Of a stretch of 64,000 bases of DNA, positions 37,867 through 48,426 are shown piece after piece; position 1 is the stretch's first letter, and every line of letters begins with the position of its first letter. The notes below the pieces were generated by a model. The model had not been told where the DNA came from. It did no database searches and saw only the letters and a list, made by a program, of their open reading frames with translations. Origin of the DNA: a virus; the IMG/VR virus record IMGVR_UViG_3300031997_000620, positions 1 to 64,000 of that record; one strand, 5' to 3'. A program made the position numbers and the translations under genes.

Positions 37867-38756
37867 ACCTACTCAAGTTTAACTATAAGGATCAAGTAGT
37901 TCAAAGCTATGCCCAGTCTGTAGTGCGGGAAATCAAAGCTCTCGGGCACGACGTTACTGAGATTGGCCCCGGAACAGAGTGGCAGCATGACTTTGACTTT
38001 ACTAGCTTCGATTTAGTAGTAGATCTTGATTGCGGGCGGAACCCCAACACAGGAGATCTAAATTTTCGATTCCACAATAACCCTAGCCCGATTCCTTCTG
38101 TAGTTTGGTTCATTGATTCACATGGAAACCCCACACTACACCACAGACTGGCTAGGAATTATGACCATGTGTTCTTTGCCGTTTGGGCCAAGAGAGACTT
38201 GTTTGCCTCTCACAAATCGGCTCATTGGTGTCCTAACGCTACGGACTCCGAGTGGTTTAACAGCTCATTCCAGTCCACCCATCCTTCTTATGACTTTGGG
38301 TTCTTTGGATCTAAAATGGGTCTAATTCGGGCAGATCCTATGAAGGACATCTGTGCCCGCCATGAGTGGCCTTGTGATGTTCGCCAAATTTCTACAGTCA
38401 ACAAGCATCGATGGCCCTATACGGCCCAGGCTATGGGCAATTGCAAGGCGCTGTTCAACCACGGCCAGAAACATGATGGCCCTAATCTTAGGGTTGTTGA
38501 GTCGATGGCAATGGGCCTACCGTTGATTAGCGATCAAGATCCGCGTTCAGGGATGGACGAGTTGTTTACTCCTTGGGAGCACTACTACCCTTATGACTTT
38601 AGCACCTACGAAGGTTTAGAGCATATCATGAAACTGGTTAAGATAGACTATCAAAAAGCTCTTAATGTTGGGGAGACAGCAATGCAGGAAGTTCATGCAA
38701 AGCACCTGATTAAACATCGGGTGCAACAGATGTTGGAGGTGGCTTTTGCAAAGTAA
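37836..38756 (+). CDS. CgeB-like / GT-B glycosyltransferase
   Basis: WFIDSH, W.PNA.D, YDFGFFG, NLRVVESMAMG, H....R. Confidence 0.8.
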   Translation: MAVSSRNIVVNLLKFNYKDQVVQSYAQSVVREIKALGHDVTEIGPGTEWQHDFDFTSFDLVVDLDCGRNPNTGDLNFRFHNNPSPIPSVVWFIDSHGNPTLHHRLARNYDHVFFAVWAKRDLFASHKSAHWCPNATDSEWFNSSFQSTHPSYDFGFFGSKMGLIRADPMKDICARHEWPCDVRQISTVNKHRWPYTAQAMGNCKALFNHGQKHDGPNLRVVESMAMGLPLISDQDPRSGMDELFTPWEHYYPYDFSTYEGLEHIMKLVKIDYQKALNVGETAMQEVHAKHLIKHRVQQMLEVAFAK

Positions 38757-39498
38757 CAATCTTACAGCCGTTGTTCTAGTAAAGAACGACCAGTTCTTTC
38801 TACGGTATGCTTTGGAGTCTACCCGAAAGCTCTTCAAGAACTATGTCTTTTATGATATAAGTAGCGAAGACAGAACTCGGGATGTCATTGCCTCGTTTAT
38901 CAAAACTCTACCGGATGATGCAAACGTGTCAATTCGTTATCTGCCGATGTGCCCCCCGTCAGTGCAAGGGTGCTTCAGAAACTCTATGATTGTAGAAGCC
39001 CGCACAAATTGGTATTTCATCCTTGATGGGGACGAGGTGTATAATGAAAAAGGAGTTCAAGCCATCGCAGATGGGTTTGAAGTAATGAAAAAAGAGCACA
39101 CTAAAGATGAAAGAAAAATCTATGGAGTGTTATCGAGACTAGAAGTCGGGCAACACCTAATATCAAAATATAACACCATTCGCTCCCATCACAGGGTTTA
39201 CCATCAAACTGCCTCTTGGGTAGGCAATCATCCGGGTGAGATTCCGTTTTATGAACAGTGCCCTAAACGCGAATACGAGTTTTCCGAAGACGCTCTATGC
39301 TACCACTTTCACAATGCAGATCGATCTCCTCATGATTCTGCTGCTTTGAAAAGAGTTGACCGTAGAGCCAGAGGCACCTACCGCCCGGGTGAGTTAGTTC
39401 CTTTTGATCTTTTTGAGGCTCTTCCCATCTTAAAGACAAAGTTCGATGACATACCTGTAAATCCTATTCTGGAAAGGCTACAAAATGGCCTCAGCTAG
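38746..39498 (+). CDS. GT-A fold glycosyltransferase
   Basis: LVKND, D.SSEDRT, RN, WYFILDGDE. Confidence 0.78.
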   Translation: MQSNNLTAVVLVKNDQFFLRYALESTRKLFKNYVFYDISSEDRTRDVIASFIKTLPDDANVSIRYLPMCPPSVQGCFRNSMIVEARTNWYFILDGDEVYNEKGVQAIADGFEVMKKEHTKDERKIYGVLSRLEVGQHLISKYNTIRSHHRVYHQTASWVGNHPGEIPFYEQCPKREYEFSEDALCYHFHNADRSPHDSAALKRVDRRARGTYRPGELVPFDLFEALPILKTKFDDIPVNPILERLQNGLS

Positions 39499-39546
39499 AC
39501 ACGGACCGGCTGCTATCAGCAATGCGACTCGAAAGGACAGGTCAAC

Positions 39547-39747
39547 ATGACTTCAATCAGATGCAAGTGTGGACGGTATTCGAATTATGGTCTTACATGT
39601 AGCAATTGCCGTGGCTCATACTTCACTAAGAAGAGCGAAGAAGTAGAACCTGATTTTGAAATGGTTGAAAAGCCTGAAGGGGAAAAAGAGGATATCTCTT
39701 TTGAAGAAGTAGAAGATTTCTTTCAGAGAGATGATGAAGATGACTAA
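39547..39747 (+). CDS. small Zn-ribbon protein with acidic tail
   Basis: CxC...CxxC; last + strand gene before the convergence. Confidence 0.5.
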   Translation: MTSIRCKCGRYSNYGLTCSNCRGSYFTKKSEEVEPDFEMVEKPEGEKEDISFEEVEDFFQRDDEDD

Positions 39748-39756
39748 GGCATTTTT

Positions 39757-42700
39757 CTACTTGTATAGGTGCTTTGTTTTCTTTTCATTCGCAGCGCGAA
39801 TGCGACGTTCTTTGTCGATTGCAGACATGATGTCACGGCGCGACCCAGATCTCATCTCTGTTGCATGCTTTGATGCTAGGTTGAATCGGGCCTGTAATTC
39901 TTCCGCACTCATGCCTCTAAGCCCAGGGTGGTTCCCGAAGCTTTTCAAGTATCTTCCCATCCATTCGGAAAACTTTGCTTGAGCAACGCCAGGATCAGCA
40001 GCGTACTGCCGTGTGAAGGTTGAGAAAGCTTTCTCGGTTAGTTGAGTTACGGTATCCCAATCATTGTTTTGAGCAAAATAGCTGATCTGCTTGCCGTAGT
40101 AACCTCTAACTTTGCTGAGAGCTTCTTCTTGGCGACCCTCGTTCATGAGTCTAGTTTCAGGGCGAACTGCATAGCTCTGCCACAAACCATTGGTATTGTT
40201 CATTAGGAAGTCAAAGTTCATGTTGCCCGGCTCGCCTGTCTGGGTGTCTACCGCCATGCCAGTATCACTTAGGAACCGTGAAGCATTGGTAACGTCCCCC
40301 GGAATACCTTGTCCACCGACTAGCATTTGAGTAATCGGCTGATCCGGAGTCGTTACCTTAAAGCCATACTTTTGCATAAACGGTGGCATAAACATCCCAA
40401 TTGTTCCAGCAAACATCTTGCCCAGAAGGTCTCCAGTGCCTTCGTTTGGAATCTCCTGACCGAAAGCCGTCCTGCCGCCCATAATTTCGATTGCGGGTCG
40501 CAAGATTGCTAGAGGCTCAACTGGGAGTTGTGCCATCGTCCCAGGAAGATCCCAAACATACTCCGGAGAGTTGCTTGCCGGGGTCATGGCTGACCAAGGT
40601 AGCCATCGCATAATGGCCCCTCTAACCTGATCTCCACTTTCTCGATCTTCCTTTAGAGCGTCACCCATGAATCCAACAGCTCCACCCACAATACCGCCTA
40701 GCAAAGCGCCAGGAGAGCCCCCTGCAATGGCTCCGACCCCAGCCCCCACCCCAGCCCCTACCGAGGCAGGAACGGGCAAGGCAGCGCCAGCAGCGGCTCC
40801 GAGGAGCCCTCCTCCGACGCCTCCAAGGGCTGTTCCAACGGCTCCACCAGCAGCCGCCATACCAGCACGAGCACCCATCTCACTACCTTGTGCATTAGTC
40901 GTAACGGTTGTTGCAGTCTGTGCCCAAGTCGGAAGCGCCCGAGCCTGCTCTTTTGCTTCATCATATGTTGAGGGGCCAAGGCCGGTAGCCGCAAACCCTG
41001 CCTGTATGATCCCCGGAGCATGGAGCCAGGGCAGGACAGCCAAGGGGTGGTCATTAATGTTGTTTTTCATAATCCGAGTAGCTTCTGCCGGGAAGGTGGC
41101 CCAGGGGAAGTAGACCTTTCGGCCAGCCTGGATGGATGATCCGACGGTAGAGTATACCGGAAGTCTACGTCCAACTTCAAGAACTGCCCATTCTTTGCTC
41201 ATACCCTGTGCCCGCAGGTCGAGATAGTAGGCAAGCTTGGGAACTACGTCTTCTCCCAGGTAGGCTTTCGTCATGTAATCGAAAGTTTTCTGGGTGAACT
41301 TGTTCATGTTTTTCATCTTTAGCATGCCTTCGGCCACGGCCGCCGCCGCGGAGCCCTTTTTTGCTCTATCAAGGAAGGACTGGACAACGGCTAGACCTTC
41401 GGCATGTAGGAATGCGGATTCTTCTCCGATTACGTCCTTAACCATCGGGTCAAGGAACTCATCGTTTAGATCAAACGTCTTTCCTCTTACCTTGATTCGC
41501 CCTAGGTCTACCCCCTTGAGTCTCCGAGTAACCGGATCGAAAAGAGTCTCCGCTTTCTTGCCTGCGGCAACAAGCCCGTCATGTGCGTTAGCCCATTTAA
41601 TGAATGCCCCGGTAACCCCGTGCATGGTTTCCAAGTTCCTCGGGGCCATCGGATTGTATCCGGCCATCCCAAGGAAAGCGAAGTTACCAAACAGGTTATT
41701 CAAATGGGTAGGGATGTTGAATACTGTCTTTGCAGTCTTGTGAATAACCGTAAGCAACTGCACTAGGCTGCCAACATTCTGGGTCTGCTCGAAAAGCCCA
41801 CCCTGACCGAACATGGCCTCGTAATGTGCCTTATGAATGAACGGGAGCTGTTCACCATCACCGATAGTGTGCCCTGCGGTTTTTAGCATTCTTCGCATCG
41901 TTGATTCTACTTCAGGCACCCCATTGCGAAGTTTGCTAAGGCTAACCCAGCCTTTCTCTTCAGCTTTTGCGGCACTACCGAAAGCAGTAACTACGTCCGC
42001 TTCAGACTTGCCAAACTTCATAGCATGATCGCGGATGAATTTGAAGTTGTTCAACAGCAGTCGGTCGGTTACATACCCGCCAAACGTAAGCTTTTCCGGC
42101 GCAGTCAGAAGCTCGCCTTTGAACAGGCGATCTGCTACATCACCGATTTCTGAAGCACGATGCCGAATTTGGGGGGCGTCTAGCCTAGGGAAGTTAAATG
42201 CTTTGAAAACACGCTGAGCAGGCTCGCCAGCAACCCTCTTAACCGCGCCCCCTGTAATCGGGATAGCAATTGATCTAGTGGAAGCCAGGTCTACAGGAGT
42301 TTTCGTACCAAAAGCCGGAAGGTGGATTTCCCCAATACGATCACGCATCTCCTGAGTTACGAACCCTTCTCTAAGAGCCTCATCTTGGTGGGTCTTCATG
42401 GCATCATACATACCATCTGCCCAAGTCTGTTCTGCGGGGGTAAGCTTAAGCGCATTCTTTGCAGAAACCAACTCATGAGCGGCCATGCCAGGATTAGCAC
42501 GCATAATCACTGCATCCAGATCAATTGCTTTACTGGATTTCATCATCAAATTAGCATAGATTGCAGTCCCGCGAGCGTCCTCCGGAATGTCTACGAAGAA
42601 ACGACCTAGCTTTTCATTCTTCCACAGTTTGTCTAGGTTATCGACAAACTCCTTCTTCACTGCCCCGTTTTTAGAGATACTGTCGATTTGCTCGAAGTAA

Positions 42701-43611
42701 CTATTGGTAAACCGCTTATCAAACTGCCACTTCAGTTTGTCAACGTGCCCCATTATTGCACCGCTCGGAAGGGGCATGCCTACTTCAAGGTTGCCTTCCA
42801 TCTCAGCGATTTTTTTAGCTTCGAAATCAAGGTGCTTCGAGCGAGCATAGTCATTTGTTCTAACCATGCGAAGGAAAGTGTCTGAAACCTCTGCTTCAGG
42901 GGTTGCAGCATCAATGGCCCCAAGCTTCTTCCATTTCATAATTTCTTCAGCACGGGGACCAAACTTACCTAGCATAGAGCCTGCCCTACCAAACTTGACG
43001 CTAGTTTGGACAGCCTTCATAGCCGGGAAAGCAATCGTCCCAACGAGGGAGGCCGTTGCTAGGAGATTTACCCATACAGGCTCTTCTGCCCACTGCTTTC
43101 TAGCAATCTCCCAATCCCAAGCAAGCCCGTTATTGTCAAGCTTTGCGCCAACAATTGCCATCTCATCCCCAACTAGGAAATTGACAATATCGGTGATTCC
43201 CGTCTCGTTACGCAACTTCGGAGCTTCCAAAAGCTTGAAAGCGGGGTCCATAAGAGCTTCGCGATCGGCTGATAGAGAGCCAGGGCTGGGGTCTGTGCGC
43301 AGCAAAGAGTGAGCCGCTTTCAGGTCTTCTACCGGAGCACCCGCTGCTTCCATCATACGAATGACACTAGCTTCTTCCTCCGGAGTTCCTGTTTCTTCCG
43401 GGGTTAGAAGACTCGGCTTCTTCTGCGCGTCTTTAATTGATTGAACTCTCCCAAGCTTTCTTTCAAGCCCGGCGACGCCCCTCTGAACGGCTCCAGGGGT
43501 TTCTTGTGAGGCAGCTTCTTCTTCCGCAGGCTGACTTAGCAGTCCGCTAGGAGAAGTCTGAGTGTCCTCTTCTTCGGCAAAGTTAGCAATCGGGTCAGAT
43601 AGTTTTGACAT
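39757..43611 (-). CDS. large internal virion / DNA-ejection protein (putative)
   Basis: 1284 aa, largely helical, glycine-zipper hydrophobic segment, last gene of the virion module. Confidence 0.65.
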   Translation of the reverse strand: MSKLSDPIANFAEEEDTQTSPSGLLSQPAEEEAASQETPGAVQRGVAGLERKLGRVQSIKDAQKKPSLLTPEETGTPEEEASVIRMMEAAGAPVEDLKAAHSLLRTDPSPGSLSADREALMDPAFKLLEAPKLRNETGITDIVNFLVGDEMAIVGAKLDNNGLAWDWEIARKQWAEEPVWVNLLATASLVGTIAFPAMKAVQTSVKFGRAGSMLGKFGPRAEEIMKWKKLGAIDAATPEAEVSDTFLRMVRTNDYARSKHLDFEAKKIAEMEGNLEVGMPLPSGAIMGHVDKLKWQFDKRFTNSYFEQIDSISKNGAVKKEFVDNLDKLWKNEKLGRFFVDIPEDARGTAIYANLMMKSSKAIDLDAVIMRANPGMAAHELVSAKNALKLTPAEQTWADGMYDAMKTHQDEALREGFVTQEMRDRIGEIHLPAFGTKTPVDLASTRSIAIPITGGAVKRVAGEPAQRVFKAFNFPRLDAPQIRHRASEIGDVADRLFKGELLTAPEKLTFGGYVTDRLLLNNFKFIRDHAMKFGKSEADVVTAFGSAAKAEEKGWVSLSKLRNGVPEVESTMRRMLKTAGHTIGDGEQLPFIHKAHYEAMFGQGGLFEQTQNVGSLVQLLTVIHKTAKTVFNIPTHLNNLFGNFAFLGMAGYNPMAPRNLETMHGVTGAFIKWANAHDGLVAAGKKAETLFDPVTRRLKGVDLGRIKVRGKTFDLNDEFLDPMVKDVIGEESAFLHAEGLAVVQSFLDRAKKGSAAAAVAEGMLKMKNMNKFTQKTFDYMTKAYLGEDVVPKLAYYLDLRAQGMSKEWAVLEVGRRLPVYSTVGSSIQAGRKVYFPWATFPAEATRIMKNNINDHPLAVLPWLHAPGIIQAGFAATGLGPSTYDEAKEQARALPTWAQTATTVTTNAQGSEMGARAGMAAAGGAVGTALGGVGGGLLGAAAGAALPVPASVGAGVGAGVGAIAGGSPGALLGGIVGGAVGFMGDALKEDRESGDQVRGAIMRWLPWSAMTPASNSPEYVWDLPGTMAQLPVEPLAILRPAIEIMGGRTAFGQEIPNEGTGDLLGKMFAGTIGMFMPPFMQKYGFKVTTPDQPITQMLVGGQGIPGDVTNASRFLSDTGMAVDTQTGEPGNMNFDFLMNNTNGLWQSYAVRPETRLMNEGRQEEALSKVRGYYGKQISYFAQNNDWDTVTQLTEKAFSTFTRQYAADPGVAQAKFSEWMGRYLKSFGNHPGLRGMSAEELQARFNLASKHATEMRSGSRRDIMSAIDKERRIRAANEKKTKHLYK

Positions 43612-43614
43612 TAC

Positions 43615-45048
43615 TTATTTTCCTAGGAGTGATTTAACCGTATCGTACCCAATGTCTTGAACTGACATATTCGCCCGCTTTACTCTTCCAAGGATGCCCG
43701 TGCCCCCACCATACTCATCAGCCAAGTAATCACTACGGCCCCAGTTATCATTAAAGTAATCCATCATCTCTTTTGAAAGACGACTCTTGGTTTCCGCATT
43801 ACCCTTGAAGTCAGCAACCATATCATTGACTTCCCCATCAATTTCCTCTTTGATCTTTGCCTTTAGTTCGCGGATCGTCTTAAAGGTGCCCGTCCGTGCA
43901 AGTTCTTCGGCTTTCCGAATGATAAGCCCCTCACCTAGTCCGGTCACATTGTTTTCTTTATCACCTTCAACGAGAGTCTTAAGTTCGGTTTTGGAATACT
44001 GCTTCGCAATAGACTGTGAAGTTGTAGGAGTTTCTTCTCCAAGTAGGCCGGAAGAAACTCTGGTATTGTGCGTCAGGACCGCAGCATACGCATCAGCAGG
44101 AAGGATATCCTGCAAGGCTGCTGCCACTGCTTCTTTGCGAATCGTCGGAGCGGCCATTCTGACCTTATTATCAATAGCCTCTGTGTCCCCCTTTAGGGAA
44201 GGATCTTGCTGGACAAGTCTTTCCCTCAATCGTGCTTCCGCAGATTGTGCGTAGGGCAGGAGCATCTTCTGGCCTTCGGGGTCTACAAGAAGCCAGTTAT
44301 TCAACTTACCAGCAGGGACATTTGCCAGGTTGTTTCCTATTTCGCCTTCTTGTTCTTTTCCAGCTCTCGCTTTTAGAAGACTAGCATTAGCTTGAGATTC
44401 ACCAATCTGGGCCTGCTTAGCCTGAATGTTAACTTGTTTTTCCTGCTTACCAAGTTCTAGCATATCAGGGCTAGACTCATACTGTGCCTTCTGGAGAGTT
44501 AGATGCGATTGAGCATCTCCGAGCACGTCTTTGTAACTGCCAAGCATGCTAGACATCCATTGGGCTCTTTGCTGCATGAGCTTGTTTGACATGTCCCCGA
44601 TTAGGGGGTTATTGCCAAACTTCGCAGCGTTTTGCATAAACTGAACGTCAAGCTGCTGAACCTTAGACATAAGATCTTGAATCCCCTGATTGCGGGCTTG
44701 CATGCCTGTCTCACTAAAGTCCGAACCAAGGGTGGCTTCCCCTTCTTGGTGTTGTGCCATAAGTTGCTGTGCGGCGGTTTGGTATTGTTGTCCGTAGGTC
44801 TGTTGGAAATTTTCATACTCCGACTTCCAAAATCGCTGGTGCATAAGATCTGTGGTAGCCGCAGTCATGTCCACAATTGCCTGACCCATAGCAGGGCTAT
44901 CAAAGTTTTCTGCTACGAATTCACCAAGGATGCTTGCCCCTGACTTCATCATCGCACTGCCGAAGTCTCGCCGCGCGTTGCCAAATCCGGGGGTTCCCCC
45001 TTCTACCTGAGGGGGGTTGTTAATCGGAGTAGGAGCTTCTTGTGCCAT
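43615..45048 (-). CDS. internal virion / ejection protein (putative)
   Basis: Q/A-rich helical protein; position in the module. Confidence 0.55.
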   Translation of the reverse strand: MAQEAPTPINNPPQVEGGTPGFGNARRDFGSAMMKSGASILGEFVAENFDSPAMGQAIVDMTAATTDLMHQRFWKSEYENFQQTYGQQYQTAAQQLMAQHQEGEATLGSDFSETGMQARNQGIQDLMSKVQQLDVQFMQNAAKFGNNPLIGDMSNKLMQQRAQWMSSMLGSYKDVLGDAQSHLTLQKAQYESSPDMLELGKQEKQVNIQAKQAQIGESQANASLLKARAGKEQEGEIGNNLANVPAGKLNNWLLVDPEGQKMLLPYAQSAEARLRERLVQQDPSLKGDTEAIDNKVRMAAPTIRKEAVAAALQDILPADAYAAVLTHNTRVSSGLLGEETPTTSQSIAKQYSKTELKTLVEGDKENNVTGLGEGLIIRKAEELARTGTFKTIRELKAKIKEEIDGEVNDMVADFKGNAETKSRLSKEMMDYFNDNWGRSDYLADEYGGGTGILGRVKRANMSVQDIGYDTVKSLLGK

Positions 45049-46230
45049 TTATGCACCACCCGCGTTAAACTTCAGACCGCCACTAGAGTTAAAGTAGTTT
45101 GAACCTACAGAGGGGTTGCCCGGAGTACCCGGAACATCACTATAGTTAACGGGGGCTGAACCACCTCCAGCGGGGTTTTGGGATAGAAGACTGTTAGCTC
45201 CTTGAGATTCTTGTGAGGGGCCACCATATCCCATCATATTTTTACCTGCATCCATCAAACCCCCCCCTGCTCCACCCGTGTATGCTGAGAGCGCACCACC
45301 AGCAACCATCATGACGCCCCCGACAATCATTTCCCAAAGGGCTTTCTTCTTGTTATCCATTGTGATCTTGTATGACTGCATTTGATAGTTAACTGCATGG
45401 GGAATAGTAGTTTCCACCATAAATTGACTTGCGGAATTCATTGCAGACGTATATTGCGCAACTCCTAGCCCATTTGTAAAAGCCTGTGCAGCATTAACGG
45501 TAGTTCTCTGGTAGTCACGAATCCACGATTCGAATTGTAGATTTGCCTGCCACATTTGCTGGCCGACTTGGCGGTTCGTCATTTCGATTGCTGTCATATT
45601 CTGGGCATCAGCCATTGCTGCCCTCCGAGCGGTGCCACCTTTTGCCATTCCGTTTTTAATCATTCTTTGTGATTCCCGAAGAGTCTCCGCACCTGACTCA
45701 ATAATGGGGTTCTTAATGGACTGCTCCATCGATTGACGGAAGGGGCTCGTGGGGTCTGTAAGCCCTTGCGCCTCTGCTACTTGCCGAGAAATGATCTGAG
45801 CTACGGGCATCTGGGAAACTACTTGAGCAAACTTTTCCGGATTTAGGAAGGATGAGGTAGACTGCTGTCCCTCTCCCATAACATTTGCGCCTTTGGGGCC
45901 TGCGGACTGGTCCGAATATGCTCCGGTTTTAGTATCAAACATGCTCCCAGCTTTGTAGTTTAAGCCCCCTCCCAACAGGCCGCTAGCACCAGCAGAAGTG
46001 CCTCCTGCCCCATAAGCTGATGTTACTCCACCATACCCAGGCTGTGCAGCCCCACCTACCGGAGAAGAGTATGTTCCCGGTTGACCGAGCATCCCCAGAA
46101 CTGCCGTGTTGGATTCGAAGGCATTTTGATTCCGGGTGAACATGTCTTGAGTTGATTCAAAGGACTTTTGCTTTGCATACTCCATCATCCCCTTGGCTTG
46201 GGATATCGCTTTCTTAGAAGATTTACCCAT
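45049..46230 (-). CDS. internal virion / ejection protein (putative)
   Basis: MG start, Gly-rich, hydrophobic segment near the C-terminus. Confidence 0.55.
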   Translation of the reverse strand: MGKSSKKAISQAKGMMEYAKQKSFESTQDMFTRNQNAFESNTAVLGMLGQPGTYSSPVGGAAQPGYGGVTSAYGAGGTSAGASGLLGGGLNYKAGSMFDTKTGAYSDQSAGPKGANVMGEGQQSTSSFLNPEKFAQVVSQMPVAQIISRQVAEAQGLTDPTSPFRQSMEQSIKNPIIESGAETLRESQRMIKNGMAKGGTARRAAMADAQNMTAIEMTNRQVGQQMWQANLQFESWIRDYQRTTVNAAQAFTNGLGVAQYTSAMNSASQFMVETTIPHAVNYQMQSYKITMDNKKKALWEMIVGGVMMVAGGALSAYTGGAGGGLMDAGKNMMGYGGPSQESQGANSLLSQNPAGGGSAPVNYSDVPGTPGNPSVGSNYFNSSGGLKFNAGGA

Positions 46231-46261
46231 ATTTCGAATACTCCATGAAGATAGGCTAGTC

Positions 46262-46274
46262 CTATTAAATTATC
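46262..46274 (-). promoter_or_regulatory. late promoter motif GATAATTWAATAG
   Basis: One of 5 copies upstream of - strand structural genes. Confidence 0.7.
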
Positions 46275-46299
46275 ACCTTTTTGAGACTAATAAACATTC

Positions 46300-48426
46300 C
46301 TAGAACGGCGTGCTATCTGATCCTGCCCCTGCACTGGTCCCAGCAGGGTCCGTAGGACGATCATCTTTCAGCGATAGTGTTAATTGCGCCAAAGTTTTTG
46401 ATGAATTTTCAGTTAAACTAATAGGATACCCTCCTCCCAGGTCAGTACAAATATCTCCTTTATCAATAGGAGAAGGGTTTTGTCCAAAGACCCACCAATG
46501 AGCTAAACTCGCACCTTCAGTATAATCCCCACTAGATGTTCTTAAATCTTGCCCAGGAGTTTGGGATAAGTGTAGAATAGCTGCATCACTTAAAACTCCA
46601 TCCCACATGGCCGTCCAATACATTCTCATATTTTTAATAACTGAGTGTCCTAATCCATCACTATAGTCTGTTACATATCCAGTTGCAGCGGATATTGTTG
46701 TTGCTAAAGAATCAACAATCATATTGTCACTTGTGAACCCCGTCCCATACCCCGAAGGGACAACATTTCCATCTAAATATCCTAAATACTTACCTTTAGC
46801 CGCAGCCGGAACTGATGCACTCGGACCCATTTGCCTTGGAGTTAGGCGTTGTCCATTCCAAAAACCAGAACATTTATTCACTAACCCCTGAGCGAGTGGA
46901 GTAGTAGAAAACCAAGTCCATTGAGGCTGATCTTCAAGGTCAGAGTCATAAGTTGCCACAATAAAAATCCACTTTCCACTAGCTTTTACATACAAGTCAT
47001 CCTCAACTTCATTAGGCTGTCTATCTTGGAGCCAGCCATCTTTAAATGCACAGCTAAAAAGTTTTCTTGCAGAATCAGGTTTTCCACCTCCGGATGGAGA
47101 TATAGATCCTCCAACCATTGATATTTCTAGATTTTGTATACACCTACCATATGCAGGAATCCAAGTCGGATAAACTCCTTCTCCATATGTAAACCCTCCT
47201 CCTAAGGTATTTAGAGATATTAGAAAAGAACCTCTAGTTGCCTCTCCTAAAACTTTTGGCCCTCCAATGGGGTCACTAATAATTCCATAATATCCTAATC
47301 CTGACATTAAAAATGAAAAATTCCACGTTCCAGATTGATTAACAGGTATCCCAGCATAGATATTGCTAGTAGGTATTTTGATCCATGTCCCTATTGTAAA
47401 AGAACTTCCTGTACCAAGATCTATGCCTCGATTTGGAGCTGACCCTCCCGGCCCACTGTTAACATTTAAACCTGAGGTTGTTCCTAAATCAATTGAGTTT
47501 CCAGAAATAAAAGCTTCCTCACGGACAGTCGTAAGCGCAGCAGGAATCGACAATAGTGATAGATTAGTTTCCCCTGTGTCATCTTGAGAGTTTGTTATTG
47601 CCATGTAGAATTTCGGAACTGTCCCCGCGATTCCAGGCAAAGCTTCCACATAGAAAGGTTTAAACATCCAAGACAGAGGAGTCATTAACATTCCGCTTCT
47701 GGTGCCACCCGTGGGGGTTCGGTCTTCTCCAATAATTCCCGCATCATCTAGGTTTGAAAATAATGCTGTTTCTCGAAAACCAATAATTCTGCTCCACAGA
47801 GGGTACCACCCATTAATACGAAGATCCATGACAGGAACAGAATTTTGAAACGCATCAGTGAAGTTTCCTAAGTTTATCGAGCCCCATGCAAAGACCTTAT
47901 AGTGTGCGGGAGTAGCAATATCCTCAATGACAAGGTTTGATTTTTGGGTGGGGCCAACACCCGTGCCTTCCAGAAACATGACATCATCTAGAAGGGTGAA
48001 ATCAAGAACCGTCGAACTATAAGGAGAGGCGTAACCTTGTCGAGATACAGACCGGATTTTAACTCTAAATCTACCTGTCCCTCCGATATAGATTCTGTTT
48101 GTGAAACAGAATTTAACATCAGTCAAGTTTGTATCCTTATTCTTTACCTCTGCTTCATACATTTGCAAAACAGGGCTGTCTACCGGGTGCCATTCTATCT
48201 TTGCACTCTTGGGGCCGACCTTCACTGTTAGCCCTGTAGGCGGGGGCAGGATGGGAGAACGAATTAGAATTCTTCTACCAAGCACGCCAGGATTTGTAGG
48301 GGCTCTATTGTTAATAGCTCCGTCGGACAATTCTCCAATACGGCGGAGAAGATCTTTCTCAATGGGCATAAGCCCACGCATTTTACTAATGCGCTCAGTA
48401 AATCTGCTTTTCCTAGGGATGCCCAC
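46300..48426 (-). CDS. tail / receptor-binding protein (FN3-like + LamG-like)
   Basis: RVKIRSVSRQG..SPYS; FTIGTWIK...WIFIVATYD...AMWDGVLS. Confidence 0.65.
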   Translation of the reverse strand: MGIPRKSRFTERISKMRGLMPIEKDLLRRIGELSDGAINNRAPTNPGVLGRRILIRSPILPPPTGLTVKVGPKSAKIEWHPVDSPVLQMYEAEVKNKDTNLTDVKFCFTNRIYIGGTGRFRVKIRSVSRQGYASPYSSTVLDFTLLDDVMFLEGTGVGPTQKSNLVIEDIATPAHYKVFAWGSINLGNFTDAFQNSVPVMDLRINGWYPLWSRIIGFRETALFSNLDDAGIIGEDRTPTGGTRSGMLMTPLSWMFKPFYVEALPGIAGTVPKFYMAITNSQDDTGETNLSLLSIPAALTTVREEAFISGNSIDLGTTSGLNVNSGPGGSAPNRGIDLGTGSSFTIGTWIKIPTSNIYAGIPVNQSGTWNFSFLMSGLGYYGIISDPIGGPKVLGEATRGSFLISLNTLGGGFTYGEGVYPTWIPAYGRCIQNLEISMVGGSISPSGGGKPDSARKLFSCAFKDGWLQDRQPNEVEDDLYVKASGKWIFIVATYDSDLEDQPQWTWFSTTPLAQGLVNKCSGFWNGQRLTPRQMGPSASVPAAAKGKYLGYLDGNVVPSGYGTGFTSDNMIVDSLATTISAATGYVTDYSDGLGHSVIKNMRMYWTAMWDGVLSDAAILHLSQTPGQDLRTSSGDYTEGASLAHWWVFGQNPSPIDKGDICTDLGGGYPISLTENSSKTLAQLTLSLKDDRPTDPAGTSAGAGSDSTPF

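Noticed and set aside
40667-41113. Pro/Ala-rich plus-strand ORF
   Set aside because: It is the antisense shadow of the Gly-rich segment of the 1284-aa gene. Other nested antisense ORFs were dismissed for the same reason.
46300-48426. Diversity-generating retroelement target
   Set aside because: No reverse transcriptase and no template/variable repeat pair were seen in this window.
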